Source: Sarea resinae
Taxonomy: Eukaryota
DNA: 64,000 nt
Direction of reading: 5' to 3'
Assembly: GCA_026026165.1 (NCBI GenBank)
Contig: JAPEUD010000057.1
Span: 62,001-126,000 of the forward strand
Program-made: the position numbers and the translations under genes
Shown here: one piece after another, positions 52,218-63,790 of the stretch
Layout: each line of letters begins with the position of its first letter
How positions within the stretch are numbered: the first letter of the stretch is position 1
The notes under the pieces: generated by a model
Told to the model about the DNA's origin: nothing
Database searches by the model: none
Seen by the model: the letters and a program-made list of their open reading frames with translations, nothing else

Positions 52218-53897
52218 ATGTGGCCTCTTCAATCAGAGCCAGCGACATACCACGATCTCCTCGCTCAATACGAATCCCGATATGACGCCGGTGTCAAAGC
52301 CGGGGATTTCATTCCCTTTGTCTATCCATTTCAATCTCTAGGCCTGCTTGCTCTGTTTCTCTACCTCCTCGTACCTCACCATAGATCTCCGTATATCTGG
52401 TACGCCAGATATCCAATATTCGCTTTCATTTGCTTGCACTCAGCATATGCGATTCGAAACTGCAGGAGTCCCAGCATGCCAAACAGTTTCGGCATCGGCC
52501 TTATGCCCGCTTGGACGATTCTTTGGTCCGCCGTTCTTATCGTGTTCAATGATGCGCAGAGAGATTTCAAGCGTATTCAGCGCAATGGAAAAAAAAGTCC
52601 GGAGCAAGACCAAAGCCATGTTTCGGATGGCCATGTGAACGGTTTAGCGTCCGGGGCTGAGACATTTGATGTCCAAGATGGCGTTTCGAAGCGGAAGAGC
52701 GTTGAGACTTTGTCAAAGCGGAATTTGCAACCGGCTGAGCACGGCTCCCAGAATTTTTCCTCTGACAGCGAAACCACTTTTTCTTGGCAGCGCTATCCCG
52801 AGCACTCTTTTAAGGAGCGTCTAGATTGGGTCGTAGACGCAGCATCCAACATGCGTGGTATCGGGTGGAATTGGTGCAGCTCGACCCTCCCCACATTCCC
52901 ACCGTGGGTTCAGTCGCAACTCCGCCAGAATGGCGATGGTGGCGAGACGAACCTAAAAAACCGCGATCATCGCATCGGCGTTACAGGAAACGTCAGTTAT
53001 CAAACCCGCAAGCATCTTGTGTGGACAAAACTCGGCACGTTGGCCCTCAACTACCTTCTCCTCGACCTCTGCAAGGTCGTCATGATGGCTGATCCATATT
53101 TCTGGGGTCTCATGGACCGTCCTCCTCCCTCTTACCTCCCGGATTACATCAGCACCTCGACGACCCTCCTCCGATCCTATCGGCTCCTAATCAGCCTCAC
53201 GGGCATTCTCTCGGCCCTCCAAGCGCTCTTCTCTCTAGGCCCGCTCATCTTCTCCGGCCTCCTCGGCCCCTCTGTGATCGGAACCCGTGGCGAACCATGG
53301 CTCTTCCCCGACATCTACGGCAGCTTCAGCGCCAACATTTTCAACAAGGGCCTCGGCGGCTGGTGGGGAGGCTGGTGGCACCAATCATTCCGATTCGCGT
53401 TCGAGGCGCCGTCTAAGTGGCTGCTCGAAAAGACGGGCATCGAACGGACATCCAATGTCGGAAAGGTTCTCCAGCTCGTGCTCGCCTTCTCGCTCTCTGG
53501 CTTTCTGCACGCTTGCGCCTCATACACGCAAGCCGGACCATCCGAACCCCTCAAGGGTGCCTTTCTTTTCTTTTTCCTGCAACCCTACGGCATCATCCTC
53601 CAGATCACCCTCGCCCAGCTCCTGAAATATTACGGCATCCGTGACCGCACGCCCAAACCTCTGCGACAGGCGGTCAACTTCGTCTACGTGCACATGTGGA
53701 TGTATTACACGGCGCCGCTTCTCACGGACGATTTCGCAAAAGGCGGTCTATGGCTCTCTGAGCCCGTGCCCGTGAGTCTGGTCCGGGGCCTCGGGTTTGG
53801 CGGTCCGGGCGAGGGCTGGTGGTGTCTAGGCTGGACATCGACGTGGCCGAGGTGGGTGCGCGGCGCGAGGTGGTGGAACGTGGGGTTCGCCATCTGA
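52218..53897 (+). CDS. Membrane-bound O-acyltransferase (wax-synthase-like, MBOAT_2)
   Basis: 559-aa multi-TM ORF; RLDWVVD...MRGIGWNW, WWGGWWHQSFRFAF, AFSLSGFLH, GGLWLSEPVPVS. Confidence 0.9.
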   Translation: MWPLQSEPATYHDLLAQYESRYDAGVKAGDFIPFVYPFQSLGLLALFLYLLVPHHRSPYIWYARYPIFAFICLHSAYAIRNCRSPSMPNSFGIGLMPAWTILWSAVLIVFNDAQRDFKRIQRNGKKSPEQDQSHVSDGHVNGLASGAETFDVQDGVSKRKSVETLSKRNLQPAEHGSQNFSSDSETTFSWQRYPEHSFKERLDWVVDAASNMRGIGWNWCSSTLPTFPPWVQSQLRQNGDGGETNLKNRDHRIGVTGNVSYQTRKHLVWTKLGTLALNYLLLDLCKVVMMADPYFWGLMDRPPPSYLPDYISTSTTLLRSYRLLISLTGILSALQALFSLGPLIFSGLLGPSVIGTRGEPWLFPDIYGSFSANIFNKGLGGWWGGWWHQSFRFAFEAPSKWLLEKTGIERTSNVGKVLQLVLAFSLSGFLHACASYTQAGPSEPLKGAFLFFFLQPYGIILQITLAQLLKYYGIRDRTPKPLRQAVNFVYVHMWMYYTAPLLTDDFAKGGLWLSEPVPVSLVRGLGFGGPGEGWWCLGWTSTWPRWVRGARWWNVGFAI

Positions 53898-54441
53898 TTT
53901 GCATTCTCATGAAGCGGAAGATGGCTGCAGCGCGTTGTGGGCCAGATGAATTTGAAGTATTTGCTGTTTTGTTCTTTCCTGGGCATGGGCGTTGCTTTGG
54001 TGGATTTAGAGAGATTGACTGGACGGGAGCATGTTCTCATACGAAGCTTAGCATGCATGAGCCTGACGATTACGAATTCACGATTGCTTTTCAGTCTCAA
54101 CTATATGCACGTGTACACATCTCAAGACACCTCCCCTCCTTGCTCAAGATATCCCGACCTTTACTGTCCGCGACCATTAATACAAAGATCCTTGTATATT
54201 GCCCTCCGCTGCCCTCTGCCCTCCCCAGGACCACTGAGACCCCTGACATCTCAAGGCCTCTATTTTTTCTCTCGCAGGATGGGCTTTGCTTCAAAATGTA
54301 ACGAATGGGTACGATGCTGTATGCCCGGATTTATGCTACCTGGTCAAATGAAAGGCTAGGGTGCGATCTAAGAAGGCGAGAGGGCGAGAGGCCCTTGGCA
54401 TGATGCTATCCCTTCCCATCCTCTCCCATCCTATACATCAA

Positions 54442-55386
54442 CTACTCTGTCTCGGCAAAGAATCCCACATCCCCCTTTGCCTCGCCCAGCTCCACCAGCC
54501 TCGTCCTCATACCCTCTGCTCTCTTCCTCTCCTCCGCCTCTAGTCCCGCAAACGCGCACTCTCTCACCCACGTGCCAACGCCATGCTGTAGCACATTCCT
54601 GGCCCTGTGGCCTCCGCCCTGGATCAGCCCGACGGAGCCATGAAGCGTGGCTCTCTTCCCATCCTCCCCTTGGCCAGACGCAGGCCTATAGACTCCACGG
54701 TGCAGGATGTTGTTATCGTAGAAGACGACATCGCCGGGCCTCATATGGACGGCCTTCATATTCGGCAAGGCGGGCGCGAACGGGTCGGCGGCCCTCTCAG
54801 CCTCCGTGCGAGCGCGCCTATGGGAGCCCGGGACTACGAGGAGAGACGTATCGTCATAGAGGGCGAGGTTCCACTGGGCGTGGTAGGCGTGCTGATGCAG
54901 CCGTTCTTCTTCCTCGGCCGGGGTGGCGGAGGCCGGGATATCGTCGCGGTGCCAGCGGAGCTCGAAGGCGCGCTCGGGGTCAACGAGGAGGTTGTATAGC
55001 TCTAGGACCAGGTCGTCGTCGTGGGCGTCGAGGAGCTCTTTCACGACGCCCATGAGTCGGTCGTCAAAGTAGCTGTGGGCGAGGGCCGTGCGCTGCTCTG
55101 CTGGTAGTGGCAGCGAGGGGTGGAGGAGATGCTGGATCCCCCATATTCCGTCTTTGCCTGGGGTGGAAGGCCATGGTGGGAATTGTTTGGGGACGGTGCG
55201 GATGTGAGGCCAGTTTCCTGCGCGGGCGACGGTGGTGAGGGTCGAGGTTGCGGTGCGGAGATGGTCGAGGTCCGACGGGGAGAGGAAAGACGGGAGAATG
55301 ATGTAGCCGTCGCGGGCGAGGGATTCTTTGAGTGTGAGGGGTGGCTTTTGAGGAGAGGCGCTTGTGGTGGTGGTTATAGTAGCCAT
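54442..55386 (-). CDS. Phytanoyl-CoA dioxygenase (PhyH) family Fe(II)/2-oxoglutarate oxygenase
   Basis: RDGYIILP, IRTVPKQFPPW, HxD motif WHRDD, LLVVPGSH, PGDVVFY.NNILHRG, RARNVLQHG. Confidence 0.9.
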   Translation of the reverse strand: MATITTTTSASPQKPPLTLKESLARDGYIILPSFLSPSDLDHLRTATSTLTTVARAGNWPHIRTVPKQFPPWPSTPGKDGIWGIQHLLHPSLPLPAEQRTALAHSYFDDRLMGVVKELLDAHDDDLVLELYNLLVDPERAFELRWHRDDIPASATPAEEEERLHQHAYHAQWNLALYDDTSLLVVPGSHRRARTEAERAADPFAPALPNMKAVHMRPGDVVFYDNNILHRGVYRPASGQGEDGKRATLHGSVGLIQGGGHRARNVLQHGVGTWVRECAFAGLEAEERKRAEGMRTRLVELGEAKGDVGFFAETE

Positions 55387-55810
55387 TCTTGTTATGAGGG
55401 TGGGGTGGGTTTGTTGACGATGGTGGGGTAGCTGTGAACAGCCGAGTAGCAGTGATTCTGGTCAGGACTCGTAGGGCTGCTTGCTAATACCCATTTACTC
55501 CTTTCAGCCTCGTGCATACCGAATGTAAATGGAAGCAGTATACTATCTCGATCAAAATTATTATTCCCACCTGCACAATAAACACTACAGGACATGAAGT
55601 TGGTTTGTATTCTTCAGCTACATGCAATTAACCTTCAGCCTCAATGCAATGCCATGATAAGTCGATACAAAGCCCATACTCTTATTCTTTTCATCTGAAC
55701 TGTAATCCTTCAAGCAGAACGCTATAGCCCCTGATCTCATTCGGATACAAGCAAGCCGGATCCGGGATCGCAAGCAGCGGAAGCTCTTCCTCTAGATAGC
55801 TTCGTAGCTT

Positions 55811-57997
55811 TCATCCAGCTCGGAAAATTGCAAGGGGACAGATGTTATGAGTAGTGAGCCCTCGTTTGGATAAAGCAAGGACATTCTTGAGAAATTGTTT
55901 GATATGCCTTGAAAGATCTGCTGCGCGGAATGTTGGTGTTGGTTGCGCTGGGATTTGTGCTGCTTGTTGCCGCAGTGTCTGGAGTGTGAGGCTAGGTGAT
56001 TCTAGGCGGTGATCAAGGGGTCCTATCAATGCATATGGGAATGAGTGCACCAATGACATTCGAGTCATCATGATTATCATCTGTTGTGCCGGCAAAAGAA
56101 TGTCTTCCTTCAGAGGTAAAAACATCCGCTCCAGTCCGCTCGATAAGTCCATCCCAAAGCTCATCGTCCATGGTCTCATCCTCGATATTCAAGTATTCCG
56201 CAATTCTGAACCTTTTCCTCCTTGGCTTCCAGCTGGAGACTGCCACGTCATAGACTGGATCAAAATACTTCGAGTGGTGCTTGTTGGTGAACCACTCGTG
56301 AGATAGACCCTGTTGCGCCGACAGTCGTTTTGACTGATCTAAAACCAGAAGACTTTTGACAAAGTCTTTGGGCCGAGAGCCGACGTGCTTCCAGCTTGCA
56401 CCGATATCGATTTTGGAGAGGTCGCAGATCTGTGTCCTTTGTAAGATGACTTGCTCCGGCTGCATTTGGTAATCCGGATGGGTTTCATCAGCGAAAAAGG
56501 ATTCGCCGGTCAAGACGACGGCTGTTAGGGCACCCACGGACCACATATCGACAGACTTGGCGTATCCTGTCGGATCTTTGATCTCTCTAAGATGCAGCAT
56601 CAGCAAGGTTCAAAAGATGGCTCGGCTAGACTTACGGAGCTGCATAGTCAATCGTTCCGACCTGGGAGAACATTTTATATGCTTCACCTTCACTTTCGAC
56701 GAGTCTAGCAGCTCCAAAGTCGGCCAGGACGACCCGAACGTTGTCAACGCGTGAGGCAATAAGGACATTCTCCGGCTTGATATCACGGTGGACGATTCCA
56801 CGGTCATGCAGGTAGGCCAATGCTTTCAGGATCTGTCTGATAACAATGGCGGCATGGATATCCTGGAGGTATCCGCCTTTATAGACGATGTATGAGAATA
56901 GATCGCCGCCGGTGATCAATTCCTGAAAGATATAGCTATAACGTCAGAAAAGGCAGAGTATATTTCAAATGAAAGGGCTGCACATTGTATCTGGTGTGAT
57001 AAAGACCTTTTCCAGTGCGACAATGTTGGGCTATTCATGTCAGACTGACCTATCGCAGACCTGAAGGACTTACGTGATTGATAGATTTCATGACATCCAG
57101 TTCACGCTTGTACCTCATCAAATGCTCATCATACAAATGTTTTGATGCGAGAGCCCGAAGGCCTTTCAGATCGACCACCTTGCAGGCGAACTGTTTGTGG
57201 GATTTGGCACTGAATGCCAGGTGGACTTTACCGTGTCCACCTTCGCCAAGTTTTTGAGGACTAATAGTATAGCGATCACGAAAAAGCTATCTCATTAGCT
57301 TTGCCTACCCAGCAACCCGTACCCTTACCCGCTTCTCTGCGCTCTGAGTAGGATTCGAATCGAATGACGGTATACGTCTGCTTTGGTATTGAAACGCAAT
57401 CTCTCTATTGATCTCCATTGTATCTCCATGGCTAAGTAGAATGGCGCCCTTGTCTTTTGGCATTGGTATGCCGTTCCACAGTGTGCCGAATCGAGAGAGA
57501 TCCTGCGCATAGACCAAGGGGAGGATAGTCTCGAGGTCATCATCGTCGAAGATGACGGAATAGATTCGGAGGTGTTTGTTGGAGACATCGAGGCTGTTGG
57601 GAGCAACAGCAATGTCGCTGGTCCTGTTAGTATCCATTGGTGATAGAGGCACTCGGACGCTGACCAGACTTTAGGATCTCTCCCAATCAGTATCTCCTCT
57701 GTTGCTCGAAGAAGATACATGGTGGTATCTTCCAGGTTCGGACCAAGGGGTTGGGTAGTCGGTCTCCAGGACTTGATGAGAGCGAAGATTGAGTAGGAGA
57801 ATATATTGTGGACTAATGCAATGAGAGCTCACTCTGAGTGAAAGGTAAGGTGTCACGATAGGTTCAAGTCTTCGACCAGCGTACAGATTGAAGAGCTTTG
57901 TATTTGAGATATCAAAAACAATCTTGACTGATCACGGGCACAATACAACTCCAAATAATGACTGCCAGGTGTTTGCGAACAGATTATCCAATTCCAT
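55811..57997 (-). CDS. MEK1: FHA-domain Ser/Thr kinase, meiosis-specific Mek1-like; multi-exon
   Basis: FHA: IGRD, VSNKHLRIYSVIFD, LVYAQDLS.FGT.WNG, LLSHGD; kinase: LGEGGHGKV, FACKVV, GGDLFSY, HRDIKPEN, LADFG, VGTIDYAAP, VDMWSVG. Both ends uncertain (alternative stop at 56013 if the last intron is not real). Confidence 0.8.
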
Positions 57998-58284
57998 TCG
58001 GTTGTATTCTTCATCTGACTCCTTGCATTTGATACTTGTCGTTTCACGATGAACGAGCTGGAACATCTGGCTCAAGCAGTCCGAACAATCAAGGGAAAGA
58101 CTCGAACAATACGCGAAGTAGAATGACGTCAGAATCCTGCCTTGTGCGGTAGAATTCTGAGCAAAAGTCGTTGATGCAGCAAATCAGAAGGGAATCATAT
58201 AAAATTAATCATGGTCTACTGAGAAGTCGACCGAGTCTTTCACAGTGAAGGTTTCCATTATCGATGCTGTTTGCACGTTAATAC

Positions 58285-58372
58285 CCTCAGGGCTCCTATG
58301 ACTTGTCCATTCATTACGTCGGTTGACAGTCCCGACCGCTTTAGGATCGAGCCCTCTCGCTCAGCCCTTAGC
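58285..58372 (+). promoter_or_regulatory. Clustered AGCCCT/AGGGCT elements upstream of RPL41 (Tbf1-type RP-promoter-like)
   Basis: AGGGCT at ~58289, AGCCCT at 58350 and 58363; resemble the TTAGGGCTA ribosomal-protein promoter motif; factor identity is inference. Confidence 0.3.
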
Positions 58373-58612
58373 GCGCATTAGTGCGGTCAATTAAGCGAGG
58401 CGAAGCGAGAACACACTTCCTACTTCATAGCCCCTCCTCCGCTCACAGCTTTCCTTTCACTTACAATCCACTCATCCTCAATAACGAGTATGTTACCTTT
58501 CCATCCGTTCCATTTCCTTCAATTGTTTCCCAATCATGGCTTGATGATTGCGGCGCAGCATGGACGCTCCGAATCAATTGCTAACTTTCAAAGTTCTCAA
58601 TAGTTATCGAAG

Positions 58613-58742
58613 ATGAGAGCGAAATGGAGGAAGAAGCGCGTTCGTCGCCTAAAGCGTAAGAGAAGAAAGACTAGAGCCAGATCGTGAGCATACCCTATAT
58701 CTTTTCCGTGATCGTGTCGACTAAACCCTTTGCAGCAAGTAA
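58613..58742 (+). CDS. RPL41: Ribosomal protein eL41 (25 aa)
   Basis: MRAKWRKKRVRRLKRKRRKTRARS|K* with intron 58684-58735; probable 5'UTR intron 58488-58603. Confidence 0.97.
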
Positions 58743-59489
58743 ACGCCTTTATGACATCTCGATCCGGCCGCCCTCGCCCTTCCACAGGCCCATCACGGCA
58801 ACATCATCTACTCCTTCATCCGTTCCCGCGCCCGCGTGTCGATAACGAACATCTTCCATCCCGATCCGTCGAAAGCGAGTGTACGTCAATCGAAGAATAG
58901 CGATGGCCATAGGCCGAATCAGTGGATCAAGTGATGGGATGGGGTACAGGAGGCTGTCAATCTTCGTCGAGTGTAGAAGGGTTACTTGTAATGAGAGCAT
59001 ACGATGGATAGCTTTGGCTTGACGATAATGTTTTGCTCTGCTGGCTGATTAGATAAAGTCAATCAAGTTCTATTCTGCCAGACATATTGAGTCCTTGCAT
59101 TAATCGTGATTGTTGTGGCTAACATTAATGATTGGAGCTTATGGAGATTGTAGGTGTCGTAAAGTCAATCGCTGTCAGCATCTATGGTAATATGTATACA
59201 TGATCAAAGCTCGTAGGATGGCATAGCTCTCAAAACTGAACTGGGAGCAATGAAGCTCGGTGAGATTTAAAGCTACCTTATCGTGCTGAAGCAATGGATG
59301 GTTTAGGTCACACCAGCTGATACAGAACAGTCATTACAGTCGAGACTAGAGCATCTTATGCGAATTGATGCCATACGCTGCCGCAATTATATTCTCTTCT
59401 AGCTCTACGGGTGTCTGTATCTGAGCTGGTCATCGTATTGCCCCATTCGGTAGTGCCGAGCGTCGCGGCGCAAGCGAAAAAAGTTGCGA

Positions 59490-59533
59490 CTTTACGATTC
59501 ACGATTTACGACTCACGATTCACGATTCACGAT
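59490..59533 (+). repeat. Imperfect (ACGATTC)~6 heptamer repeat in the RPA49 leader
   Basis: tttacgattcacgatttacgactcacgattcacgattcacgat read directly. Confidence 0.85.
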
Positions 59534-59567
59534 CAACGGCAATAGATCATCTCAACACTGCACCACG

Positions 59568-61078
59568 ATGACTGAGAAAAAGCGGAAGCGGGCGTCTGAG
59601 AAAGGCGACCGTCCAAGCAAAAAGACTGCTATCGATGATGCTGCGCCGATCGTGAAGGTGTCCATGGTACCAGAGGTCGACGAATGGAGTCCCATTGTCG
59701 GTGAGTATTCAGTTGAACATTCGCAGAGCATGGCTAATCATGCAGCTTCCACGCCTGGTCTCTCACTTCCGCCGAGTATGACGCTCCATGCATACAGAAA
59801 GCCGAGATCGAATGCTCGTCCGGGCAGCAAATCTTCCATCAGCTCGTCGGAACTACTTCTGCATTCCTCGGAACATGCGAAGCTCGACTATACTGCTCGA
59901 GAGGAAGATGAGAGCTCGCATTTGAAACATTATGTTGGAATCTATGATCCTAAGACGGGGGAAATTCAGGTGGTGGAGGCACGCAAACTCACCGTCCGTG
60001 GAAAGGTGCGGGAAAGAGAAGCCGAGCAGCAGAAAGACGCGGGCAAACCTACGGTATGACATACATCGTTTCTCCACGTCACATCACTGAGAAAGCTACA
60101 GAACCAATCTCTGAGGAACCAACTGGGCATGGAATTTGGCACGAAGAAAGCGAAAAAGGCTATAGCTTCACTGTCCGAGAACGCCATAGCCGATCATACC
60201 GGCGGCTCTCCAGCCAAACCAGCAAAGGCGGACCCGCTCTCAGCAGCCATCCTAGAGATCATGGCGGCCTCGATGGAGAACATGCCCACGAGTGCTGAAC
60301 GGCAATCTCAAGCCGACGAAGCTAAGCCTCGACCAAAAGCAAACCTCAAGGCAACAACCCCCGCAGAAGTCTATCCGATAGAGGTCCTAGTCGGAGGAAA
60401 AGAGGTGATGGAGTCTCTTGCTGTTAAGGAGTGGTTGGATTCAGCACGGCAGCAGAAGAATATCCAAACCAAGAGCCGATTCGTGAGCAACCGGTTGACA
60501 AACATTGCTCTTGCCAAAGACGTGCCGCGGTTGAAAGTCCTGCGATATACGCTGTTACTGATAGATTTCTTCATGGTTCTGAAGAGTGGGAAAAAGGGGA
60601 TGAAGAAGCTGCCGCCTAGGGAGGAATTAAGAAAGGCTCTTGGGGTGTCGGATAATCTGATCGAAGGGGTTAGGAGGAGATTCGCCGACGGATCGTAAGT
60701 TTTTCATTCGGAATCGAATCGGTCAGACTGACAGTTGCAGTGCTCTGAACAAATGGAACATGGACAATCTGTACACCCACATCGCCGCGCTTGCTCTTGT
60801 GGTTGACAATTTCGAAGTTGACACTTATGACCTGAAAGAAGATCTGAGGCTTGAACCACGCGAGTATGTCCAGCCCCTCCCCTTCTCCTCAACACCATTG
60901 AAGAATTTCCTACAGGATCCGACAATACTTTCATGAAGTCGGCTGCCATATCAAGCCCCCAACCGAAGCAGATCGTGTCAAGATGAAGATTAGCAAAGCA
61001 GAGGCAGCAGCCCATCATCTGGCACAGCTGAGACTTCCACTGGATTTCCCAAAAGTGAGGGTGATTAGAAGACGGTAG
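59568..61078 (+). CDS. RPA49: RNA polymerase I subunit A49
   Basis: LLHSSEHAKLDY, HYVGIYDPKTG, RNQLGMEFGTKKAKKAI, KPRPKANL.A....VYP, YFHEVGC, LRLPLDFPK; four introns (approx. 59702-59746, 60054-60101, 60695-60739, 60864-60915). Confidence 0.9.
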
Positions 61079-61490
61079 ATGGCAGTAGAAGAGGAGAAGT
61101 CAACGGATGATTAGGAGGAGAGGCCGTCTTTGTAATTGTCAATTGGCAGCGGCGTCTATCTATGGGCGTGTATAATTGTGTATATAATCTACTCGGAGAA
61201 TGGCAGAGAGAGCTGCCGGTCAAATAGTTTCTATCCCTGTGCTGACAAAGTCCGACCAAAAGTCTGCGGATACGAACGTTGTTCAACGAGTGTCCAGAGA
61301 CATTGAGATATAGCGGAAGACAGACATTAAGCTACGGTATGAAGTGTTTTCGTTTGGTAGCATCCACCCCCTTGATTTATACGAGGGTGCCTTGCCTACC
61401 TTGGGCCATGGAAGCAAGTCAAATGTATGTCACCGTGGATGGACGCTCAATGATGACGATGTGAATTCAATTTTCATGCACACATCTAGC

Positions 61491-62448
61491 TCACGCCTTT
61501 TCCCCAACGCACTTTGTTATCTCAATACCATCCTGGGCACATGTTAGTAGTCTGCTGGTAAGGTCCGCATATGATGACCCACTGGTAAACCCGTTGGCTC
61601 AAAGCTCTCGATGAGCTTGCTCTCATAGATTAGATTCGGATTGCCTTGAACCTCCATCTTCATATCCTCCTCTCCTTCGCGTCTTCGGTATTGCCCGGCC
61701 ACCCTCTCTGCAAACCTCGAATCGACTCCATTTCGAGCTCCCGTTTGAGCTTGCTCTTTCTTCCGCTCGACCGAGCTTCGAACATACTCCAAATACGGCG
61801 GGTTGCCCGGACTGATGACATTGTCGGCGGCCATGACGGATCCTGGTCTGATTAGGTGTAGACGCTCACATAGCTTCAGATCCGTCACATATGCTGGCTT
61901 GTAGTGATCCAGAAACATCAGATCGATACATTCGAGAGAGCCTTCGGCACGCAACCGTGAGATGGAATCCGCACTCGGGCCAATGACGACCTTGACTATA
62001 TCGTCCAAGCCAGCCAGACTGATCAATGACATGACCACGGCCCCGAATTCCGGGTTTCTCTCCAAGCTGAAATATCTCTTTCCGCCCGCTTTTCGGACAG
62101 CTGCTCCGAACATGACGGCAGAATATCCCACATAGCCGCCGAGTTCGACCATGGTTTGGGGCTTCACTTGGGCAATCAGGTCCGTCACGATCTTGCCCTT
62201 GTATTCTCCGACATTCATCAGATATCTCTCCTTCCGGGCGAACTCGTCGATGGTGCGCAAAACTGCCGTTGGGGAGCCTCGAATTTCCGCTATCGAGGGA
62301 TGGTTGTAGATGAAGTGAAGGAGCTCGATTTCCCGGCCATCGTCAAACTAGAAGCTTGTGAGATGTATTTCCCCGGGCGAGGCGACAAACTTACAAAGAC
62401 CTCGGATTCCTGCTCGGCATACGCTTTCTTTTCGTCGAAGGGAGCCAT
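61491..62448 (-). CDS. Catechol-type SAM O-methyltransferase, probable mycosporine-pathway O-MT (MysB-like role)
   Basis: MAPFDEKK..EVF|FDDGREIELL, YLMNVGEYKG, VELGGYVGYS, FLDHYKPAY..DLK, ADNV..PGNP.Y, FEPTGLP|DGIEIT; two introns; divergent from DDGS. Confidence 0.88.
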
Positions 62449-63790
62449 TGGAGGTTTGACGCCTGTGGAGCAAGAAACTGCTATATGAATTCAAAATCGC
62501 ATGAGTCTGGAGTATGTCACTACATGCAATTGGCAGTAATCAACATGCAGGCTCGCAACATTGCGTATGCCGCACCAGTGCTTGGTTGGACTGGGAGCGC
62601 ATACCCGAGTCATCGAATTTCCGGCGAAAGCAGCGACCGCTGTTGATTCTAGGGCAAACGAATCAGGCTATACCATCGAGAGGGACCAAAAGCAGACATT
62701 CCAGGCCAATCCCATTCTCCTCGTGCACGCAGTCTTTGCAAGTCGGCCGAAGATCGACTTCAAAACATAACGTCAGATTGAGCCTGGACAGCGACGCGAC
62801 TACGCCCGTTCCGGTTCGTGGTGTACTTCGTAGTACTGTTCCCCGGATCTTCGACCGAACTCCGGACCTCGTAGTCTACCACGTACGGAGTAGTATCTAG
62901 CTTCGTAGTATCTTCAGCTTGCACGAACATGATGTAGTTGACAATTGGCAGGACTCTTGATGTCCTGGACCGGTTCACACAACGCCTTGCGCCTCTAGAA
63001 GTATGCCATTGGGCCTCGTGGCTGCGATGATTTGGTCTGATCCCTCTATTCGTTGCGGAACTCACCCTCACCCCAATTGCCGTGCCCTTGGTATCTCAAC
63101 GCATCATCATCACGATAGAGTCTCAAGCATCAAAGAGTCCCAGCCGACCAATGCTGAGATCATCACTAGACACAAAGTTTGACTCCCGTTCCTAGAGCCT
63201 TTCAGAGCCATCACGACAGCTGCCCTGATGCCCAAAGTGGCATTGTCGTGTTGCGAACGGCCCCTGTGGCGCTTTGACCGGCCCCGGTTCGCGTGCAAAT
63301 GCAGCTCAATCGATCCGGGACGAGATCTGGAGATCTTGCGCTAGATGCTGCCGCGAAAGGGGCCGGCGGAGCCAGCCAAGACGATTCAGCTTAGTCCAGG
63401 CCACGCTACCTGAGGAAGCACTCCAGAGCTTAATTCTTTGATGACTTCACAGATCTTTTGGTCCATAGGCCAACCAATGCGGCACGGATCGAGCACATGG
63501 CTGTTTTAGGCCGAGTCGGATTCTTCGACATCACCACTCAAGCCTGAAGCAATCCCGCCGACTAAAGCGAGATTCCATATCACTCTAGCCCAGCCGGTGT
63601 ACAGATTATTACCACGACATCAAAGCCAAGCATCTTCATGTGCCATTGAGATGGTTGACGTGATCATCTTGATGCCACAATATGCACCGTAGTCATTAAC
63701 GACCTCTAGCCAGTTTTTCTATATTTTCCTCACAGTCGTCGCAGCGAAACGCACAGCATTATATCTGCTAATCCAAGAATTGCTCTCATC

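Noticed and set aside
52218..55386. MBOAT + PhyH as a secondary-metabolite cluster or mycosporine tailoring genes
   Set aside because: Convergent, no adjacent backbone enzyme, and separated from the O-MT by MEK1, RPL41 and RPA49; both families are widespread as stand-alone genes.
58541..58580. Intronic C/D snoRNA (TGATGA box C-like)
   Set aside because: No CTGA D box and the space before the branch point is too short.
59472..59490. RRPE-like GAAAAAAGTT upstream of RPA49
   Set aside because: Imperfect, short match; cannot be supported without conservation data.
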